DNA from: Candidatus Poribacteria bacterium
GTDB taxonomy: Bacteria > Poribacteria > WGA-4E > GCA-2687025
Direction of reading: 5' to 3'
DNA: 64,000 nt
Assembly: GCA_026004875.1 (NCBI GenBank)
Contig: BPJZ01000007.1
Location: 48,226-112,225 of the forward strand
The notes under the pieces were generated by a model. It made no database searches. It worked only from the letters and a program-made list of their open reading frames with translations, and had not been told where the DNA came from. Position 1 is the first letter of the stretch; each line of letters opens with the position of its first letter. Positions 47,247 to 57,722 of the stretch are shown piece after piece. Both the position numbers and the translations under genes were made by a program.

Positions 47247-49361
47247 GTGATCAACGCCCGTGCCTCGCTGGTATGGATGGTTCTCGGCCTGAGCACCACC
47301 GTCGGCGGAGAGCGGACGCTTTTCCAGACGGGCCACGAGTGGATCCCGGAGTTAGACCTGCGCTCCGACGTGGCGATCGTCTACGGCGTCAACGAGAGCT
47401 TCCCCAGTCGAGTGGAGAGCTGGCGTCAGCGAGGGTACACCGTGCACATGATGACCGGCGTCGCCTGGGGGGAGTACCGGGAGTATCTGGACGGGGCCTT
47501 TGACGGCCAAAGCCACTGGGAAGAGGCCCAAACCCTCCGGGACGGAACAAAACTGATGCACGGCGGCGGAGTTCCGTACCTGGTACCAACGCCCAGCTAC
47601 ACGGAGTACCTCAAGACGCTTGTCCGGTGGGCGATAGATCAAGGGGTCGAAGCGGTACACCTGGAGGAGCCGGAGTTTTGGGCGCGGGCGGGGTATTCGC
47701 CGGCCTTTCAACGCGCTTGGCAGCAGTACTACGGCCGAGCGTGGGAACCGCCTCATCGCCGTCCGGAGGCCGCCTTTTGGGCGGCCCAACTCAAGGCTCG
47801 TCTCTATCTCGAGACGCTTGAGTCCATCTTCCAGGACGTCAAGAAGTACAGCGGCGGTGTTGTTCGGTGCATCGTCCCCACCCATACGTTAGTGAACTAC
47901 GCCTCCTGGCGGATCGTCAGTCCGGAGTCCCAGCTCGCCGGCCTGAAAGTGGTGAATGGGATCATCGCTCAAGTCTGGACCGGGACAGCCCGAACGCCCA
48001 ACCGGTATCGGGGCGTCCGTCGGTCGCGGACGTACGAAACGGCGCTGTTGGAGTACCATTCCGCCGTTGCGCTCTTTGAGCCTGCAGGGAAGACACTTTA
48101 CTTTTTGACCGACCCGATCGAGGACGATCCGAACCACACCTGGAGTGATTACCGCCGGAACTACGAGGCCACCTATGCGGCCCAGTTGGCCTTTCCGAGC
48201 GTGAACCGGTACGAAGTAATGCCCTGGCCTAACCGAGTCTTCCGCGGACGATATCCCGCCGACGCCTCCGGCGAACGGGTGCCGATTCCTCCGGAGTACG
48301 CCACCGAAGTGCTGGTGTTGGTCAACGCGCTTAACCACATTCCGCGCGAGACGGGATGGCTTCAGCGCCGGCCCATCGGGTTGGTGGTCTCCGACACGCT
48401 GATGTATCAACGCGGGGAGGAGGACTTCGGGGCGCCGGACCCAGAGCTGTCCAACTTTTTTGGCTTGGCGATGCCCCTGGTCAAGCGGGCGCTTCCGTTC
48501 CGGATGATCTGCTTGGAGCATCTAGGCCGGTGGGAACGGCTCGAAGGGATTCGGCTGTTACTGCTCTCCTACGCGGCGATGAAGCCGCTCTCTCCGGAGG
48601 CTCATCAGTATCTGGCCGATTGGGTTCGGAAGGGGGGCGTTCTGCTCTATGTTGGGCGGGACGACGACCCCTATCAACGGATTCCCTTCTGGTGGAGCGA
48701 GAAGGGGTCGGCCACCCCGCTGGCGGACCTGCTTACACGCTTGGGATTGAAGGACGACTCAGAACCGGGCGCGGTCCGCTGGCACTCCGCTGGAGAAGGC
48801 AGCGTGGGAATCTGGCGAGTCAACCCGCGCGAGCTGGCCGAGCACCCCGAAGGGGACTGGTTCCTCCAAGCGCAGCTTGACGAAGGGCTGCGTCGCGCCC
48901 GGGCTCCGATCCCGATCCCTCGCCACGTTATGCACATCGTCCGCGGACCCTATGAGGTGGTTGCCGTCCTCGACGAAAGCGTCTCCGCCGAGCCGTACCG
49001 AGTGCCGGGGCTATATGTGGACCTATTCGATCCGAGCCTGCCGATTGTCCGCGAGAGGTTCCTGAGTCCAGGGGAACAAGCCGTCCTGTTGGCTGTAGAG
49101 CGGTGGCCGCTTGAGGAGAGCTGGGTTCTGGCCGCCGCTTCGCGGGCCTCCGAGGAACGCCGGGAGGAAGGCACCTATTCCGTGTTGCTGCGCGGACCGG
49201 CAGGAACCCAGGGCATCGCGCGCATTTGGCTTCCCCGTTCCCCTCAAACGGTCGAGAGCTCCGCTCCCCTCTCCCTTCAGGACTATGATCCGGCCAGCCG
49301 AACGCTTCGGATCGCCTACCCTAATAGCCCTGAAGGCGTCCGGGTCTCCGTCCGTTATTGA
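47247..49361 (+). CDS. hypothetical secreted protein, 704 aa
   Basis: N-terminal signal peptide and genome-typical codon usage. No named motif. Confidence 0.5.
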   Translation: MINARASLVWMVLGLSTTVGGERTLFQTGHEWIPELDLRSDVAIVYGVNESFPSRVESWRQRGYTVHMMTGVAWGEYREYLDGAFDGQSHWEEAQTLRDGTKLMHGGGVPYLVPTPSYTEYLKTLVRWAIDQGVEAVHLEEPEFWARAGYSPAFQRAWQQYYGRAWEPPHRRPEAAFWAAQLKARLYLETLESIFQDVKKYSGGVVRCIVPTHTLVNYASWRIVSPESQLAGLKVVNGIIAQVWTGTARTPNRYRGVRRSRTYETALLEYHSAVALFEPAGKTLYFLTDPIEDDPNHTWSDYRRNYEATYAAQLAFPSVNRYEVMPWPNRVFRGRYPADASGERVPIPPEYATEVLVLVNALNHIPRETGWLQRRPIGLVVSDTLMYQRGEEDFGAPDPELSNFFGLAMPLVKRALPFRMICLEHLGRWERLEGIRLLLLSYAAMKPLSPEAHQYLADWVRKGGVLLYVGRDDDPYQRIPFWWSEKGSATPLADLLTRLGLKDDSEPGAVRWHSAGEGSVGIWRVNPRELAEHPEGDWFLQAQLDEGLRRARAPIPIPRHVMHIVRGPYEVVAVLDESVSAEPYRVPGLYVDLFDPSLPIVRERFLSPGEQAVLLAVERWPLEESWVLAAASRASEERREEGTYSVLLRGPAGTQGIARIWLPRSPQTVESSAPLSLQDYDPASRTLRIAYPNSPEGVRVSVRY

Positions 49362-49421
49362 TCCGAGAATCGAAACGGGTTAGGGTACCGCCGGAAACTA
49401 AACCAGAAGGGAAACACCACT

Positions 49422-50240
49422 ATGGCGGAGCTCCGACTTTCGATTCGCGAGACGATGGCCCCCGGTGCGAACCTGATGGAGCGCTTTCAGAACCTCCGGA
49501 GACTCGGCTTCGACGGGATTGAGATCACCGCTAGCAGCCGCCTGGAGCTAGCCGATGAGATTCTCAGGGCAAAAGAGGCCACCGGCATTCAGCCGACGAT
49601 CACTTCGGCCGGCGCCGGATGCCTGATCGACCCCCGGAAGGAGGAACGCGACCTGGCCGTTCAGAGCCACCGCGAAGCGATTGAGCTGGCGGCGCGAATT
49701 GGCGCCGTTGGCGTCCTGACGGTGCCGGGAATCAAAATCCGCATGCAACCGGACCGGCCCCGAATCCCCGACCTTCGGCCTCTCAAGAGCACGCCGGAGC
49801 TGGAGTTTGACCTGATGGTCGCCCTTTACGGCGAACTGGCCGACTACGCGCAACAGCACGGCGTTTTTCTCATTATTGAGCCTCTAAACCGGTACGAGCA
49901 GTACTTCCCCCGGACGCTGGCCGACGGAATTAAGATTTGTCAGACGATCGGAAGCCCGCATTGCAAGATCATGGCCGATCTCTTCCACATGAACATTGAA
50001 GAGGCAGAGATCGCCGCGAGCCTGCGGGAGGCGGGAGACTACTTGGCCAACGTACACCTGGCCGACAGCAACCGTCAGACGCCCGGTCGCGGACACACGG
50101 ACTTCCTCAGCGCCTTCCGCGCCCTCAAGGAGATCGGCTACTCCTACTTTTGTGGATTGGAATGCGGAGTCCCCGGGGACCAGGAGGCGGAGCTCTCTCG
50201 AACGGTGAAGTACCTGCGGGAGACCTGGGAGAGGGCCTAA
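49422..50240 (+). CDS. sugar phosphate isomerase/epimerase (xylose-isomerase-like TIM barrel)
   Basis: Family-typical length and conserved E/H/D metal-ligand spacing. Confidence 0.7.
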   Translation: MAELRLSIRETMAPGANLMERFQNLRRLGFDGIEITASSRLELADEILRAKEATGIQPTITSAGAGCLIDPRKEERDLAVQSHREAIELAARIGAVGVLTVPGIKIRMQPDRPRIPDLRPLKSTPELEFDLMVALYGELADYAQQHGVFLIIEPLNRYEQYFPRTLADGIKICQTIGSPHCKIMADLFHMNIEEAEIAASLREAGDYLANVHLADSNRQTPGRGHTDFLSAFRALKEIGYSYFCGLECGVPGDQEAELSRTVKYLRETWERA

Positions 50241-50245
50241 GAACC

Positions 50246-51814
50246 ATGCCGTCGGAACGGCCGAATATTCTCTTTTTGCTCAGCGACGAGCACAGCTTTC
50301 GCTTTTTAGGCTGCTTGCCGGAGGAGGAGGGCGGGGAGGCGGTGGAGACGCCCCATTTGGATCGGCTGGCCGAACGAGGAACCCTCTTCACCGATGCCTA
50401 CTGTCAGATGCCGTTGTGCACGCCGTCACGGCTGTGCCTGCTCGCCGGTCGGGAGGTTCGCGGAGCAGGGGCTTGGAGCAACGAAAGCGTTCTGCGTCCG
50501 GGGTTGCCGACCCTGCCGGGCGTTCTCGCGGAGGCGGGCTACAGTACCTGTCTGATCGGCAAGATGCACCTGGGAGGCAACCGCCAGTTTGTCGGCTTTC
50601 AGCACCGCCCCTACGGCGATCTGACGGGGAGAACCGGACACCAGTGGGAGCCGCTGCGCCGCCCAGAGGCGCGCTCAATGCGAGCAAGAACCGCCCTGGC
50701 CGTTGGAGTGACCGAGATCCCCGAGAGCCTGCTCCAAGAGCAGATTGTCGCTCAAGAAACGGTGGCCTTCCTTCGGGAGCACCAGGCACGCTGGCCGGGT
50801 CGGCCTTGGTTTCTGATGGCTTCGTTCAGCCGTCCCCACTTTCCGCTGACGGCGCCGGGTCGGTGGATTCGGCGGTACCCGCCGACGGCGATCTCCGAAC
50901 CCCGTGTTCCTCCCGCCGGGGACGCGTATCACCATCCGATGAGCGTCGGGATGCGGCGCGGATTTCAGGCTGAAGCGATCGGCCACGAGGAGATGATGCG
51001 CGCTCGAGCGGCGTACTTCGCCTGCGTGAGCTTTTTGGACGAGGTGATTGGGGACCTGTTGCTTCGCTTGGAGGCCAGCGGTCTGCTGGAGAACACCCTC
51101 ATCGTCTATACCTCCGACCACGGGGAGATGGCCGGAGAGCACGGCGTCTGGTGGAAGCATGGCTGGTACGAGGCCTGCACGCGGGTGCCCCTGATCCTCT
51201 CCACGCCGGAGCAACGAACCGGACGCCAGCCGGCGCGGTGGGTCCGTACGCCGGTCGGTTTGATCGACCTGTTTCCCACGCTCTGCGGACTCGCAGGGGT
51301 TTCGACCCCGGAAGGGCTGGACGGAGCGAACCTTGCCGCCGTCGTCCGCGGAGAGGGGGAACCGCCGGAACGGCCGATCGTCTCGGACAACCTGGTTCCC
51401 CGCTGGGGGGCCGGAACGGAGTTCCGGATGGTCCGCTGGCGACGCTACAAGTACGTTCGCTTTCGGAACGCCCCGCCGCTCTTTTTCGACCTGCAAGAGG
51501 ACCCGGGCGAACAACGCAACCTGCTCCAGCGGGGCATGTCGGCGGAGGCCCAAGAGGCCCATCGGGAGCTGAACGCCTTTGTTGACCGGACGATGGACTT
51601 TCAGCGGGCGGAGTGGGAACGCACCGTTCGGGACGGCGACCTGAAGCGGCGGTACCCGCTGAACGCACCCTCCAGCACCCCCAACCTCTACTGGATGCCT
51701 TCGGGCCGGCTGGTCAACGCCGACGATGTGCTCTATCATCCAACCGTAATCGCCGAAGACCCAACAGAGCTGTTCGACGACGCGCCGGACCGGGGACCAG
51801 AATCGAGCCTCTGA
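50246..51814 (+). CDS. Cys-type sulfatase (arylsulfatase family)
   Basis: ILFLLSDEHSF near the N-terminus. Sulfatase signature LCTPSRLCLLAGR, i.e. C-x-P-x-R requiring formylglycine modification. Conserved C-terminal blocks. Confidence 0.85.
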   Translation: MPSERPNILFLLSDEHSFRFLGCLPEEEGGEAVETPHLDRLAERGTLFTDAYCQMPLCTPSRLCLLAGREVRGAGAWSNESVLRPGLPTLPGVLAEAGYSTCLIGKMHLGGNRQFVGFQHRPYGDLTGRTGHQWEPLRRPEARSMRARTALAVGVTEIPESLLQEQIVAQETVAFLREHQARWPGRPWFLMASFSRPHFPLTAPGRWIRRYPPTAISEPRVPPAGDAYHHPMSVGMRRGFQAEAIGHEEMMRARAAYFACVSFLDEVIGDLLLRLEASGLLENTLIVYTSDHGEMAGEHGVWWKHGWYEACTRVPLILSTPEQRTGRQPARWVRTPVGLIDLFPTLCGLAGVSTPEGLDGANLAAVVRGEGEPPERPIVSDNLVPRWGAGTEFRMVRWRRYKYVRFRNAPPLFFDLQEDPGEQRNLLQRGMSAEAQEAHRELNAFVDRTMDFQRAEWERTVRDGDLKRRYPLNAPSSTPNLYWMPSGRLVNADDVLYHPTVIAEDPTELFDDAPDRGPESSL

Positions 51815-51909
51815 GCGCGTTGGAGGGGCAGGCTTGCCCCCTCAAGGGCCGGTACCGCACAATTGGGCTAGAACCTCCGCTCACTGCTTGAAGATCGGGG
51901 ACAACGAGG

Positions 51910-52152
51910 ATGGCATCACGGCGAGTCCGTCTGACTTTCCCAGCCGAACTGGTAACCGAGCCGCTGATCTATCTGGTGGGGCGCAACTTTGAAGTGGTGA
52001 CCAACATCCGCCGCGCTAACATCGTCAAAGACGCCGGTTGGGTCGTCTTAGAGATCACCGGAGAGAACGCGGAGATTGACCGGGCGATCGGCTATCTCCA
52101 GGAGCGCGGGGTCACCGTCGAGCCGGTCGAAGGGGATGTGGTCGCCAGCTAA
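51910..52152 (+). CDS. NIL-domain small protein
   Basis: 80 aa with the MetN C-terminal-like ferredoxin fold pattern ([15 protein letters not shown]...[10 protein letters not shown]). Confidence 0.55.
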   Translation: MASRRVRLTFPAELVTEPLIYLVGRNFEVVTNIRRANIVKDAGWVVLEITGENAEIDRAIGYLQERGVTVEPVEGDVVAS

Positions 52153-52178
52153 CCTTGCCCCACAGAGGGGTTGTGTCT

Positions 52179-53078
52179 ATGCCAAAGCGGGACTACTACG
52201 AGGTGCTCGGCGTCTCCAAGGATGCCACGCCGGAGGAGATCAAGAAGGCCTATCGCCGGTTGGCGATGAAGTACCACCCGGATAAGAACCCGGGGAACAA
52301 GGAGGCCGAAGAGAAGTTCAAGGAGATCTCCGAGGCGTACGCCGTCCTCAGCGACCCGGAGGAGCGGAAGAAGTACGACCGCCAGCGGGAGATGGGGGCC
52401 TTCCACCAGTACCAGTTTGAAGGCTTTGAGAGCACGGAGGACATTTTTAGTCGGTTCAGCGACATCTTCGGGGACCTCTTTGGCGGGATGCGGACTGCGC
52501 GGGATCGGGGCGGACGCGCCTTTACCTTTGGATTTGGCGGAATGGGCGCCCGGCCGACGCGCGGGGAGGACGTTCGCCACGAGATGACCATCTCCTTGGA
52601 AGAGGCGCTGCGAGGGACAGAAAAGACCTTGGTCGTCAATCGGAACGGCCAACGACAGCGCCTCCGGGTAAAGATCCCAGCGGGGATCGAGTCGGGAAAG
52701 GTGCTCCGCATCGAGCGGGCAGGTTACCCATCGCCCAACGGCGGCCCTCCGGGCGACCTGCTGGTGACCGTGCACGTGGCGCCCCACCCGAAATTCCAGC
52801 GAGAGGGAAACGATCTGATCACCGAAGTGGACGTGCCCTTTACGACAGCGCTTCTAGGCGGTACGGTGACGCTGGAGACCCCGTACGAGACGGTGCGGCT
52901 ACGGATTCCGCCGCGGACCCAGGCCGGGACGGTCCTTCGGATCCAAGGGCGGGGCGTCCGCCTCCCAGACGGACGACGGGGCGACCTGCGAGCCCGGGTG
53001 CGGATCACCATTCCCCAGCAGCTGACCCCTGAACAGGAACGGCTGATCCAGAAGTTCGCCGAAACCTTGAACTCGTAA
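52179..53078 (+). CDS. J-domain co-chaperone with a DnaJ C-terminal domain and no zinc finger (CbpA-like)
   Basis: DYYEVLGV...HPDKNPG J-domain and a G/F region. The CxxCxGxG repeats are absent. DnaJ_C beta-sandwich domains present. Confidence 0.8.
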   Translation: MPKRDYYEVLGVSKDATPEEIKKAYRRLAMKYHPDKNPGNKEAEEKFKEISEAYAVLSDPEERKKYDRQREMGAFHQYQFEGFESTEDIFSRFSDIFGDLFGGMRTARDRGGRAFTFGFGGMGARPTRGEDVRHEMTISLEEALRGTEKTLVVNRNGQRQRLRVKIPAGIESGKVLRIERAGYPSPNGGPPGDLLVTVHVAPHPKFQREGNDLITEVDVPFTTALLGGTVTLETPYETVRLRIPPRTQAGTVLRIQGRGVRLPDGRRGDLRARVRITIPQQLTPEQERLIQKFAETLNS

Positions 53079-53094
53079 CCACCGGAGAGCAGCG

Positions 53095-53706
53095 ATGAGC
53101 TTGTTGGTGCTGTTGCGTCATGGGGAGTCTCAATGGAACCTAGAGAACCGATTCACCGGCTGGGTGGACGTGGACCTCTCTCCGCGCGGTGAGGAGGAAG
53201 CCCGTCAGGCCGGCGAAAAGCTTCGAGACATCCCCTTTGACGTGGTGTTTACCAGCGTCCTCAAGCGCGCGATCCGGACCGCCGAGATCGCCTTAGAGGC
53301 CGCCGGTCAATCCCACTTGCCCTTGATCAAAGATCAGGCGCTTAACGAGCGGCACTACGGCGACCTGCAAGGGCTGAACAAGGCCGAAACGGCGAAAAAG
53401 TTCGGCGAAGAACAAGTGCACCTCTGGCGGCGCAGCTACGACATCGCCCCGCCGGGAGGAGAGAGCCTGAAAGACACCGCCGAACGAGTGTTGCCCTACT
53501 GGGAGTCGAAGATCCTCCCGGAGCTGAAGGCCGGCAAAAACGTCCTGGTTGTCGCTCATGGCAACTCGCTGCGGGCGCTGGTGATGCATCTGGACGGCCT
53601 GAGCAAAGAAGAGGTCCTGGAGCTGAACATCCCGACCGGCGTCCCGCTGGTCTACGAGTACGACCCCAACTCGGACCGGCTGATCAAAAAGGGCTACCTG
53701 GAATAG
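53095..53706 (+). CDS. gpmA: 2,3-bisphosphoglycerate-dependent phosphoglycerate mutase
   Basis: [20 protein letters not shown] signature. Confidence 0.9.
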   Translation: MSLLVLLRHGESQWNLENRFTGWVDVDLSPRGEEEARQAGEKLRDIPFDVVFTSVLKRAIRTAEIALEAAGQSHLPLIKDQALNERHYGDLQGLNKAETAKKFGEEQVHLWRRSYDIAPPGGESLKDTAERVLPYWESKILPELKAGKNVLVVAHGNSLRALVMHLDGLSKEEVLELNIPTGVPLVYEYDPNSDRLIKKGYLE

Positions 53707-53716
53707 AAACCGCCCT

Positions 53717-54482
53717 TCAGTCGGGAGGAAGGACGCACCGGAAGCCACAGAAGGCGCTGGGGAGCGTCCCATCCTGATGGGCGCGGGCGGAGGTGCGCAA
53801 GTCCATCGAGAGGCTCTGCCAGGAGCCCCCGCGAATGACGAACGGGCCAAGAGCTTTTTTCCAGTCCCCCTCGCGGAAACGAAGGCGTGGCCCACAGATC
53901 GGATTTTTCGCCGTCGCCGCCGGCTGTCGGTAGAAGTCCGGCTCGTACCGATCGGCGCACCATTCCCAGACGTTTCCGGCCAGATCGTAGAGCTCAAAGG
54001 GGTTGGGAGGATAGCGCCGGACCGGCGTCGGAGCGCCGACCTTTCCGCCGTAGTTGGCCAGCCGTGGCAAAAGCGCCCCGTTGGTCGTGGCGTAGCGCAG
54101 GTTTTCGCCCCCCTTGGCAGCGTACTCCCACTGTGCCTCGGTGGGAAGCAGGAATCCGGCCCACTCGCAAAAGGCCGCAGCGGCATACCAGGTTACCCAA
54201 GTGACCGGCGTGTTCTCTCGGCCGCGAGGGGGGCGTATCGTCCAAAAAGTCGCGGAGGTAGTCCGGATGGCGGTCAGGAGCGCGCAAGCGCTTGCTCCAA
54301 GCGGGTTGTTGCCGGACAAACTCGGCAAACTGACGACAGGTGATCGGCGTCTGGCTCATCCAGAAGCCGTCCAGCTCGACGGTGTGCTCGGGGCTTTCGT
54401 CCTCGCTCCCGACGGCGCAGCCCATCGTAAAGCTCCCGCCGGGAATCCAGACGAAGGTGACCGTAACACGGTCGCCGGGAAG
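53717..54482 (-). pseudogene. formylglycine-generating enzyme (FGE/SUMF1 family) with an apparent +1 frameshift in a G6 run (54228-54233); N-terminal start undetermined
   Basis: C-terminal part 53717-54220 has PVTWVTWYAAAAFCEWAG...LPTEAQWEYAAKGG...GNVWEWCADRY...RGGSW...RCV. N-terminal part, in another frame, has VTFVWIPGGSFTMG...DGFWMSQTPITCRQFAEFV. Deleting one C on the minus strand fuses them as ...DDTPPRGRENTPVTWVTW. Confidence 0.7.
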
Positions 54483-55105
54483 GGGAGATCGTCCGCTTTG
54501 AGGCGATGCGGCGGTTTCGGGTGGAGAGACCTTCGCCGGAGGGGGCCGACCGAGGCCGATCCGAGCCTTTCTTGGAGCAATTGCCGCTGCTTGTTGGCGA
54601 CCGCCAGCGCCTGCTCTAGTCGTCGTCGCTGTCCGTCGGACTCCTCTAGTCGTCGTCGCAGGTCTTCCACGCGCTTCTGGAGCTCTTGGAGCTCGGTGCG
54701 CGTCCGGACTAGCTCGGCTTCTAACTGCGCCTTCTCCCCTTGGAGGCGGGCGACCTGAGCCTCGAGGCGACGGTTTTCTCGAAAAAGAAGGGAGTACCCC
54801 GCGTCCGCCCCAAGGCCGGCCGCGGTCGCGCCGGGAGTGCGGATCGTTCGGGGGGTGCCAAACGCTCCCGCGCCCCAGCGCGCCCGGAGCGCGTCGAACT
54901 CTCGACGGCGCTCCGCGTTGCTGAGCACAGCGTACGCCTCGTTCAGCTCACGGGTTCGCTGCTCCGCCCACGCTCGCCGGTCGGGATTCTTATCCGGATG
55001 ACACCGGCGAAGCAACGACCGATAAGCCGCCTGGATCGTCTCCGGGTCGGCCTCCGGGTGCACCTGAAGAATCTGGTACCAGTCTTTTTGGACTCGTCGA
55101 GCCAT
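54356..55105 (-). CDS. J-domain protein with a coiled-coil region; 3' end uncertain
   Basis: DWYQILQVHPEADPETIQAAYRSLLRRCHPDKNPD, then a heptad-rich RRRLE-repeat region. The last 60 codons are low complexity and overlap the FGE N-terminal region in another frame. Confidence 0.55.
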   Translation of the reverse strand: MARRVQKDWYQILQVHPEADPETIQAAYRSLLRRCHPDKNPDRRAWAEQRTRELNEAYAVLSNAERRREFDALRARWGAGAFGTPRTIRTPGATAAGLGADAGYSLLFRENRRLEAQVARLQGEKAQLEAELVRTRTELQELQKRVEDLRRRLEESDGQRRRLEQALAVANKQRQLLQERLGSASVGPLRRRSLHPKPPHRLKADDLPFPATVLRSPSSGFPAGALRWAAPSGARTKAPSTPSSWTASG

Positions 55106-55192
55106 CTGCCCGTTCCGCACTTCGCGTTGACCCTTTTGGCATGAGGATTGTATTGTTAACAATGGCCCGACGGCAACGACGGTTCCACCTCT

Positions 55193-56779
55193 ATGAAAGC
55201 CGATGGCCAACCGATGAGCGCTCAGGACCCGCTCGAAAGCGAAGAACCTAGGCCCAAAGAAGAGAATTCTCCCGCCGAGGAGCTACGCCCCCCGCGCAGC
55301 CTGCGTGAATGGGTCCTCACTGAGCTGTCCGAAGAGTCGGTCCTCTTTGTCAGCGTCATCAAATGGTTCTTCTTGGCGACCGCCGCCGGAGCGGTCGTAG
55401 GAGCGTTGACCGCCTTCTTCTTGGAAGTGCTCGCTTGGGGTGAACGGTTGGTCGCCCCCTACCCTCGCGCCTTCCTCCTTGTCCCGCTGGGGCTGACGGC
55501 CAGCGCTCTGTTGGTCCGCTATCTGGCCCCCGACGCCAAGGGGCACGGGACCGAAAAGGTGATCGAGGCCGTTCACTTTCACGGGTCCCACATTCGGCTC
55601 CGGGTGATTCCGGTGAAGCTTCTGGCGACGGTGGTGACGCTGGTCAGCGGAGGATCGGCAGGAAAAGAGGGTCCCGCGGCGCAGATCGGAGCGGGGGCCT
55701 GCTCGGCGATGGCCGATCTGCTTCACCTGGAGGGCCCTGACCGGCGAAAGCTGGTCATCTGCGGAATCAGTGCCGGGTTCGCGACCGTCTTCGGAACGCC
55801 GATCGCTGGCGCAATCTTTGGCATCGAAGTGCTCTACTGCGGCCGAATTCTCTACGACGTGCTGCTTCCCGCCTTTGTGGCCGGAATGACCGCTTACCAC
55901 GTGGGAACGCTGCTTGGGGTCACCTATCCGCTCTTTCCGATCCCCGCGTTGCCCACTGGGGGCGGCGTGCACGAGCCACTTCTGATCCAAGTGGGGCTGG
56001 CGGGGATCTTCTTTGGTCTCTGCGCGCACCTGTTCATCGAGACGCTGGACGTGGGAGAGTCGCTCTCCCGGCGGCTTCGAATCGGCGTAGTTCCCAAGGC
56101 GCTGTTTGCAGGCGCCGCGCTGATCGGGATCGGTTGGCTCCTCTCGCCCGACTATCTGGGTCTGGGGGTGGAGGTAATCCAAGAGGCGGTTGCCGGGGAG
56201 GAGATCCCCGATCTGGCCTTCTTTGTAAAAATGGTAGCGGTCAGCTTAACGCTCGGGTTTGGAGGCAGCGGAGGGGTGGTGACGCCGATGTTCTTCATCG
56301 GCGCGACGGCGGGGAACGCCTTTGGTCAGTGGCTGGGCCTGGACCCGGCGCTCTTTGCGGCCTTTGGACTGGTGGCCCTGCTGGCCGGGGGCGCAAACAC
56401 CCCGATCGCCGGCAGCATTATGGCGGTCGAGCTGTTCGGCACCGAGGTAGGGACCTATGCCGCCGGCGCATGCGTGATCAGCTTCCTGATGACCGGCCAC
56501 CGAAGCGTCTATCCCTCTCAGGTGCTGGCGTTTCGAAAGTCGGCCTCGCTGGCGGTGCCGATCGGTCGAGCGCTGGACCACCTACCCGTTGGAGTTCGTC
56601 CGCGCGAGCACACGATTGTCGGCACGTTTGTTCGTGTCGGCCGCGAGGTTCAGCGCCAGCTCTCCCGACAGCGCCGCAGAAGGGCTGGCACGCCGCAGCC
56701 CTCCGGCAAGCCGACCCGAACTCGAGGTGCCCAGCGCCCCCGGCCTGCGCCGCGCGGCTCGAACCCTCCCCAAACGTAA
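55193..56779 (+). CDS. ClC-family voltage-gated chloride channel / H+-Cl- antiporter
   Basis: GSGGSAGKEGP selectivity motif, GTPIAGAIFGIEV, a GxFxP-like block, and more than 10 TM helices. Confidence 0.85.
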   Translation: MKADGQPMSAQDPLESEEPRPKEENSPAEELRPPRSLREWVLTELSEESVLFVSVIKWFFLATAAGAVVGALTAFFLEVLAWGERLVAPYPRAFLLVPLGLTASALLVRYLAPDAKGHGTEKVIEAVHFHGSHIRLRVIPVKLLATVVTLVSGGSAGKEGPAAQIGAGACSAMADLLHLEGPDRRKLVICGISAGFATVFGTPIAGAIFGIEVLYCGRILYDVLLPAFVAGMTAYHVGTLLGVTYPLFPIPALPTGGGVHEPLLIQVGLAGIFFGLCAHLFIETLDVGESLSRRLRIGVVPKALFAGAALIGIGWLLSPDYLGLGVEVIQEAVAGEEIPDLAFFVKMVAVSLTLGFGGSGGVVTPMFFIGATAGNAFGQWLGLDPALFAAFGLVALLAGGANTPIAGSIMAVELFGTEVGTYAAGACVISFLMTGHRSVYPSQVLAFRKSASLAVPIGRALDHLPVGVRPREHTIVGTFVRVGREVQRQLSRQRRRRAGTPQPSGKPTRTRGAQRPRPAPRGSNPPQT

Positions 56780-56908
56780 GCCTTCCCTGCCGTTCCCTAC
56801 CCAAACGGCCGCTCCGCTTATCGATCCAAAGATGGGCATCCTCGCAGGGGCCGTCTATCATTACCCACAGAGGCAGGTCCAAGACGGTTCGCATCGCCGA
56901 GGAGATCC

Positions 56909-57658
56909 ATGCTGGCGCGAGAAAAAGAACAAAACCCACTAACAGTGGACCAGGAACAAGCGACCAAGCCGGAGGCTCCCGGAGAGAAAACCGCTCCCGG
57001 ACAGGAGCAGAAGTCCTCCTATCGCCCTCAATTCCGAATGCCCCAGGAGCTGATCTCCGGCCTTGAGATTCGAGAATCCGAGATCCCAGGCCGGATTGAC
57101 TGGAAAGAGCTGTTCGGAAACGACCGCCCCGTGGAGACGGACATCGGTTTTGGGAAGGGTCGCTTCTTGATCGAAGCGGCCCAGACCTTCCCGGACCGGA
57201 ACTTTTTTGGCATCGAGCTGATGTGGAAGCCGTACCGTGTTGCGCGGGAGCGATTGGCCAAGCGAAGGCTGCCCAACGTGCGGATCGTTCGGGCCGACGC
57301 CAAGTGGTTCGTCGCCGAGCGAATTCCCGATCGCTCGGTTGCGGTTCACCATATTCTTTTCCCCGACCCCTGGCCCAAACGACGCCACCACAAACGCCGG
57401 TTGGTGACCCCTCCTTTTGTCGAGGAGTTGGCCCGGACGCTGATCCCCGGTGGGGTGCTCCACCTCGCCTCCGACATGGCCGAGTACTTCGAGGAGCTGA
57501 CCTATATTGTCGAGTCCGCCGGGCGCTTCGAGCTGATCGCCGAGTCCACGATTGACCCGGAGCGAGACATTTTGACCAACTTTGCCGCGAAGTACCTCCG
57601 GGAGGGGCGGGAGCTTTATCAGGCGCGCTTTCGGCTGGTAGGGGAGGGGTCCGGCTGA
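56909..57658 (+). CDS. trmB: tRNA (guanine-N7)-methyltransferase
   Basis: DIGFGKGRFLIEAA SAM motif and C-terminal TrmB blocks. The low-complexity N-terminus suggests the real start may be the internal ATG near 57041. Confidence 0.8.
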   Translation: MLAREKEQNPLTVDQEQATKPEAPGEKTAPGQEQKSSYRPQFRMPQELISGLEIRESEIPGRIDWKELFGNDRPVETDIGFGKGRFLIEAAQTFPDRNFFGIELMWKPYRVARERLAKRRLPNVRIVRADAKWFVAERIPDRSVAVHHILFPDPWPKRRHHKRRLVTPPFVEELARTLIPGGVLHLASDMAEYFEELTYIVESAGRFELIAESTIDPERDILTNFAAKYLREGRELYQARFRLVGEGSG

Positions 57659-57722
57659 AGCAGAGCGACGCCGTCGGCCTTTTCGGCCGACGGCGGGTTG
57701 ATGTCAGGAATCCGGCCTCGAT

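Noticed and set aside
54613-54659. Direct repeat CTCTAGTCGTCGTCGC x2, considered as a possible repeat or regulatory element
   Set aside because: It lies inside the J-domain protein coding region, where it encodes a repeated RRRLE coiled-coil segment. It is a coding repeat, not a regulatory one.
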